Shown here: positions 60,196 through 64,000 of the stretch, piece after piece
How positions within the stretch are numbered: position 1 is the first letter of the stretch
How the letters are laid out: each line of letters opens with the position of its first letter
From: Candidatus Pyrohabitans jungbluthii
Lineage (GTDB): Archaea > Hydrothermarchaeota > Hydrothermarchaeia > Hydrothermarchaeales > BMS3B
Assembly (NCBI GenBank): GCA_002010065.2
Contig: MTMD02000008.1
Coordinates: 224,001 to 288,000, forward strand
Direction: 5' to 3'
Length of the DNA: 64,000 bases
Program-made: the position numbers and the translations under genes
The notes under the pieces: generated by a model
What the model saw: the letters and a program-made list of their open reading frames with translations, nothing else
Told to the model about the DNA's origin: nothing
The model's database searches: none

Positions 60196-60271
60196 TAGCG
60201 GGGGGTCGATTTGAACGACCGCTCTCCGGGTTATGAGCCCGGCGGGATGGACCTGGCTACCCCACCCCGCT
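60196..60271 (-). tRNA. Initiator tRNA-Met(CAT)
   Basis: AGCGGGG start (A1-U72), CCGGG-CTCATAA-CCCGG anticodon arm. Confidence 0.95.
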
Positions 60272-60352
60272 ATGGTGCTGTTACTATGATATGGGGCAGA
60301 GATTACCATCATTATCCAAATATATAATCTTTTCCCTCGGGATGCGCTCGCC

Positions 60353-61348
60353 TCAGTGGGATATCATGCTGCGCAGGGGTATGTAGTACGCGTACTCATG
60401 GTAGGAAATCCCCGAGTTCCAGTGTCCCGTGAGCTTTGCTACGATTACGAAAAGGAAAAATGTGCCAAGGAGCAGAGCAGCGTAAGCGGTCTTCCGCAGA
60501 GGCAAGAAGCCAGTCACGGACATGGAAAGCGCCCCCTTAGGGCAGGCATCCACGCATGTGAAGCAGGCGTTGCACTCCGGGTTACGCACCACCTGCTTTT
60601 CATGAACCTTTATGCTGCTGTGGCATACGCGGGTGCATAATTTGCAGTTATTGCATCTCTCAACGTCCCTCCTAACGCCCGTTAAGCCAATAAAGCCCAG
60701 GATTCCGAGAAGTGCGCCGTATGGGCACAGATACCTGCACCAGAAGTTTCTTAATAACATGGACAGGAGCAGGAGGGCCGAAACGAAAATTATGGTATTT
60801 CTACCTGGATATATCCAGAAGTCCAGGAGCTTTGCATCCACCACTTTATAGTAAGGAGACTGGAGGAAGGCTGCGACAGCCTGTGGTGGCATGTCTATGA
60901 GCACCAACTTCAGGAAGAAGAGCAGGATAAGGTACTTTATAAGTCTGAGGGGCACATCTACCGCAGGAGGGAGCCTGAAGTTCCTTCCGAAGAGTCTGGC
61001 ACCAACCTTTCCCACCGCCTCGGAGAGCGCGCCCACTGGGCAAATCCAGCCGCAGAAACCTCTGCGGAAGAGCAGCGAAATCGTCAGAACGGCAAGGAAG
61101 ATTACAAGAGCCGCGGGATGGATTACGTCTATGGCGCGGTTAACCACGAGGTGCTTCAGTGCGACAAGCGCCCCCACTGGCATAAAGGCGTCCACGCTCT
61201 CAGGTCGAGGAACGTAGGGAGTCGTGCCCCCGGTATCGAAATGTCTGACGAAAAGGTAAAGGCGGTACCAGATGTAAATAGAGAATATAACAAAGAAAGC
61301 CTGGACGTAAACTCTCAGTCGCCCTTCATTTAATTTTACTTGCATCAC
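60353..61348 (-). CDS. Membrane 4Fe-4S protein (NapH/MauN-like)
   Basis: FCGWICP, WCRYLCP, two CxxCxxCxxxC motifs. Confidence 0.88.
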   Translation of the reverse strand: MMQVKLNEGRLRVYVQAFFVIFSIYIWYRLYLFVRHFDTGGTTPYVPRPESVDAFMPVGALVALKHLVVNRAIDVIHPAALVIFLAVLTISLLFRRGFCGWICPVGALSEAVGKVGARLFGRNFRLPPAVDVPLRLIKYLILLFFLKLVLIDMPPQAVAAFLQSPYYKVVDAKLLDFWIYPGRNTIIFVSALLLLSMLLRNFWCRYLCPYGALLGILGFIGLTGVRRDVERCNNCKLCTRVCHSSIKVHEKQVVRNPECNACFTCVDACPKGALSMSVTGFLPLRKTAYAALLLGTFFLFVIVAKLTGHWNSGISYHEYAYYIPLRSMISH

Positions 61349-61436
61349 ATATAAGTTATTTTTATTAATTCATCTACGTTTCCTCGAACATGTTCGCACA
61401 AAAAACCTTTACAACGTTCCTTTCACAGCGCTGGGA

Positions 61437-61742
61437 ATGCTTGAAGTTTTAGTAAACGGAGATACCCACGAATACCTCTACTGGAGCACAGCCGAGGTTA
61501 TAGCTCGCGCTGTCGTGGTGGATCGCGAGGAAGAGGCTGAGATAAAGCTCATCAACGTTGCACGCCACCGCAGAGGCGAGGGGATAGGCAGCTTAATATT
61601 AGAGAGGATAATCTCAGACTTCGCCCACAAAAACCTAGTCACCTGGACGTTCAATGGAAGGACCTCGTGGTATGAGAGAAATGGCTTTGAAGTAGCGGAG
61701 GAGCGCGCATCTCTGTTAAAGATGGTGAGAAAAAATCAGTAA
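61437..61742 (+). CDS. GNAT family acetyltransferase
   Basis: RRGEGIGS, WYERNGF. Confidence 0.75.
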   Translation: MLEVLVNGDTHEYLYWSTAEVIARAVVVDREEEAEIKLINVARHRRGEGIGSLILERIISDFAHKNLVTWTFNGRTSWYERNGFEVAEERASLLKMVRKNQ

Positions 61743-62272
61743 TAGAGAAGCTCCCTGAGCTCCTCAATGGCAACCTCTTTCTTTATCTCCTCGCGAATCT
61801 CGCGCTGGAGATACTCCACAACGCGCTTCGCCTCGTTTATCTTCTCGTGCTCCTTCATCAGCTCATGATAAAGCTCACGCAGCCTCTCCACGCGCTCCCA
61901 CCCTCTCATGCGAGAGGTTTCGTCCAGGCGGTGCATCACTTCTGCAAGCTTCGGGAAGGCTGTGAGCACTTCCTCATTGATCTCAGGCAGGAGGGTCTCG
62001 ATGTAAAAGTGATGCGGCGATATCTTCACCTCTATCAGGATGTCCTCGCTAATGTGGTAGTACTTCCTAGGTCTCCCTTTGTCGATCTTCTCCAAGCGAG
62101 TCTCCAGAATACCTGCCTGGCGCATCAACTCGAGGTGTTCAATAACCGCCTTCTGACCAATATTCAGTGTCTGAGAGAGCTCACTAACATAGCATGGCCT
62201 CTCAGACAGTAGCTGGAGAATCTCTCTTCGCGTTTCATTTCCGAGCATATTCAGGAGAATCTCCAGATTCAT
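61736..62272 (-). CDS. ArsR-family heat-shock regulator, Phr/HSR1-like
   Basis: LGNETRREILQLLSERPCYVSELS...QKAVIEHL...GRPRKYY; divergent from hsp20. Confidence 0.85.
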   Translation of the reverse strand: MNLEILLNMLGNETRREILQLLSERPCYVSELSQTLNIGQKAVIEHLELMRQAGILETRLEKIDKGRPRKYYHISEDILIEVKISPHHFYIETLLPEINEEVLTAFPKLAEVMHRLDETSRMRGWERVERLRELYHELMKEHEKINEAKRVVEYLQREIREEIKKEVAIEELRELLYY

Positions 62273-62296
62273 GCCTATTAAAGCGGGCGTTAACAA

Positions 62297-62329
62297 TGTA
62301 AAAAATTTTATTAACAAATGGTAAGAAAA
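62297..62329. promoter_or_regulatory. Degenerate Phr-type operator/promoter
   Basis: TGTAAAAAATTTTATTAAC-AAATG-GTAAGAAAA. Confidence 0.5.
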
Positions 62330-62392
62330 AGTTCCTTTTCCGCAAGTTATTTATCTCCTGAGGCTTAAGATAAATATAGGGAGGTGGTAAGG

Positions 62393-62830
62393 ATGTGGAT
62401 AGACCCATTCGAAGAGCTTCGCAGCCTAGAGAGACGGATGAACAGGCTTTTTGAGGAGCTCCTCGGGGAGCAGAGGCAAACGCTGCTTCCGATGCGCGCT
62501 CCTGAAGTGCGCCAGCCATTCGCAGACATCATTGACACAGGGAAAGAAATTAAGGTGACCGTGGAGCTTCCAGGAGTGGACAAGGAGAACATCCAGATTA
62601 ATGCCACGGAAACAAGTCTGGAAATTAAAGCGGAGGTTAAGCGCGAGGAGGAAGAGAAACGAGGCGACTATGTGCGAAAGGAGCGGAGCTACAGCGTCTT
62701 TCAGCGGAGCTTTTCCCTTCCGGCAGAGGTGGACCCCAGCAAAGCGAAGGCAACTTATAAAAACGGGGTGCTGGAGATAACCCTGCCGAAGATTAAGGAA
62801 GAGAAAAAGACCAGCATAAAGGTGGAGTAA
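62393..62830 (+). CDS. Small heat-shock protein Hsp20
   Basis: DPFEEL, ELPGVDKENI, ATYKNGVLEITLPK, IKVE. Confidence 0.93.
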   Translation: MWIDPFEELRSLERRMNRLFEELLGEQRQTLLPMRAPEVRQPFADIIDTGKEIKVTVELPGVDKENIQINATETSLEIKAEVKREEEEKRGDYVRKERSYSVFQRSFSLPAEVDPSKAKATYKNGVLEITLPKIKEEKKTSIKVE

Positions 62831-62872
62831 ACCTCCACCTTTTAATATTTCTTACTAAAGGTAAGGAAATTA

Positions 62873-62895
62873 TTTAGTAACAAAAAGTTAGTAAA
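62873..62895. promoter_or_regulatory. Phr-type operator
   Basis: TTTAGTAAC-AAAAA-GTTAGTAAA before the thioredoxin RBS. Confidence 0.7.
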
Positions 62896-62907
62896 AGGAG
62901 GCCTGGA

Positions 62908-63168
62908 ATGGAGGAAGGTATACTCATCGAACTTTTCACCTCACCAACGTGCCCATACTGTCCGCGCGCCAAGGAGGTTGCAGAGAGGATAGTCAAGAGG
63001 ATGCCAAAGGTGCTTCTCATAGAGCGCGACGTTTCTCAGCCAGAAAACGCTGAGATAGCGCGGAGCTATGGGATTCAGGGCGTACCAGCGATGGTCATCA
63101 ATGGCAGATACAAGATTTTAGGGGTGCCGAGAGAGGAGCAGCTTCTGCACTACCTCTCCACCCTTTAA
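62908..63168 (+). CDS. Thioredoxin/glutaredoxin-like protein
   Basis: CPYC, GVP. Confidence 0.9.
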   Translation: MEEGILIELFTSPTCPYCPRAKEVAERIVKRMPKVLLIERDVSQPENAEIARSYGIQGVPAMVINGRYKILGVPREEQLLHYLSTL

Positions 63169-63191
63169 AAAAATTAAGGAGGTGGTTTTTG

Positions 63192-64000
63192 ATGGCAAAG
63201 GAGATAGAACTTAAGGTAGCAGAAGCTAAGTCCAACGACGTTGGACGAGGCATAGCTAGGATTGACCCTCATGTTATTGAGGAACTCGGACTCACTTCTG
63301 GCGATGTCATCCAGATTATTGGTAAAAAGAAGACTGTGGCAATAGTGTGGCCCGGTTATCCTGAGGACGCTGGTTTCAAAATTATCCGCATCGACGGGTT
63401 TACGAGAAAGAACGCGGGCGTGGGAATAGACGATAAAGTAAAAATTCGCAAGGTTACAGCGCAGCCTGCAACTGTTGTGAAGCTCGCTCCAACTGAGCCT
63501 CTTCGCATCGTGGGAGGCGAGGCTTACCTCAGGCAGTACCTGGAGAACCGCGCTGTCTCGCGAGGAGATATGATAGAGCTCAACATAATGGGCAGGAAGA
63601 TAGGCTTAGTTGTGACCAGCGTGCAGCCACCCGCAGATGCAGTGATAATCAACTATGCAACGCGGGTTGAGATAAGCGAGAAGCCGGCGAAGATTACAGA
63701 GACCAAGATACCCCGTGTTACCTACGAGGATATAGGTGGACTCAAGGAGGAAATTCGAAAGGTTCGCGAAATGATAGAGCTTCCGCTGAAGTATCCCGAG
63801 ATTTTCGAGCGCCTAGGCGTTGAAGCGCCCAAAGGCGTGCTTCTCCATGGTCCACCCGGCACTGGCAAGACGCTCCTCGCTAAAGCGGTAGCCAACGAGA
63901 CCAACGCCAATTTCTACAGCATCTCCGGGCCAGAGATTATGAGCAAGTACTACGGAGAAAGCGAGGAGAGGCTCAGGGAGATATTCAAAGAGGCGGAAGA
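63192..64000 (+). CDS. cdc48: CDC48/VCP AAA+ ATPase, 3'-truncated by window edge
   Basis: [12 protein letters not shown]...[38 protein letters not shown]. Confidence 0.95.
   Translation, partial: MAKEIELKVAEAKSNDVGRGIARIDPHVIEELGLTSGDVIQIIGKKKTVAIVWPGYPEDAGFKIIRIDGFTRKNAGVGIDDKVKIRKVTAQPATVVKLAPTEPLRIVGGEAYLRQYLENRAVSRGDMIELNIMGRKIGLVVTSVQPPADAVIINYATRVEISEKPAKITETKIPRVTYEDIGGLKEEIRKVREMIELPLKYPEIFERLGVEAPKGVLLHGPPGTGKTLLAKAVANETNANFYSISGPEIMSKYYGESEERLREIFKEAE

Noticed and set aside
4743-63910. Many antisense or shifted ORFs in the track (e.g. 11440-12120, 23732-24517, 43226-43762)
   Set aside because: They overlap well-supported genes and have no motifs; treated as shadow ORFs.

Overview
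Archaeal chromosome segment, most likely a thermophilic euryarchaeote: it has an HMf-type histone, di-myo-inositol-phosphate (DIP) synthesis genes, AMP phosphorylase and archaeal r-protein/RNAP genes. The exact taxon cannot be determined from the sequence. The core carries the rps13-rps4-rps11-rpoD-tRNA(Leu)-rpl18e-rpl13-rps9-rpoN-tRNA(Pro)-rpoK-eno-rps2 cluster, hisC/argD, thrB, a sirC-hemA-hemB-hemL-hemC operon, thi4 and initiator tRNA-Met. A large heat-shock neighbourhood (two Phr-like ArsR regulators, three Hsp20, HtrA, thioredoxin, CDC48, the DIP operon) is marked by a recurring TAGTAAC-N5-GTTACTA palindrome. Three visibly AT-rich accessory islands interrupt the core. (1) About 1.4-4.4 kb: an array of toxin C-termini paired with immunity-like genes, including an orphan module running from a CARDB-domain tail through a hydrophobic segment into a BECR-like RNase, mostly hidden by frameshifts. 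(2) About 32.3-39.4 kb: a defence hotspot with decayed toxin-antitoxin pairs, a Dam-type methyltransferase, a short DpnII-like nuclease and several unknown proteins. (3) About 53.2-54.6 kb: an IS remnant plus a membrane-protein gene that disrupts a tetraether lipid synthase (Tes) homologue. Two structured non-coding elements also stand out: a 130-nt multi-branch RNA-like element at 28824-28953 and a triple-hairpin repeat array at 25154-25276. All family assignments come from motif recognition by eye; no searches were run.
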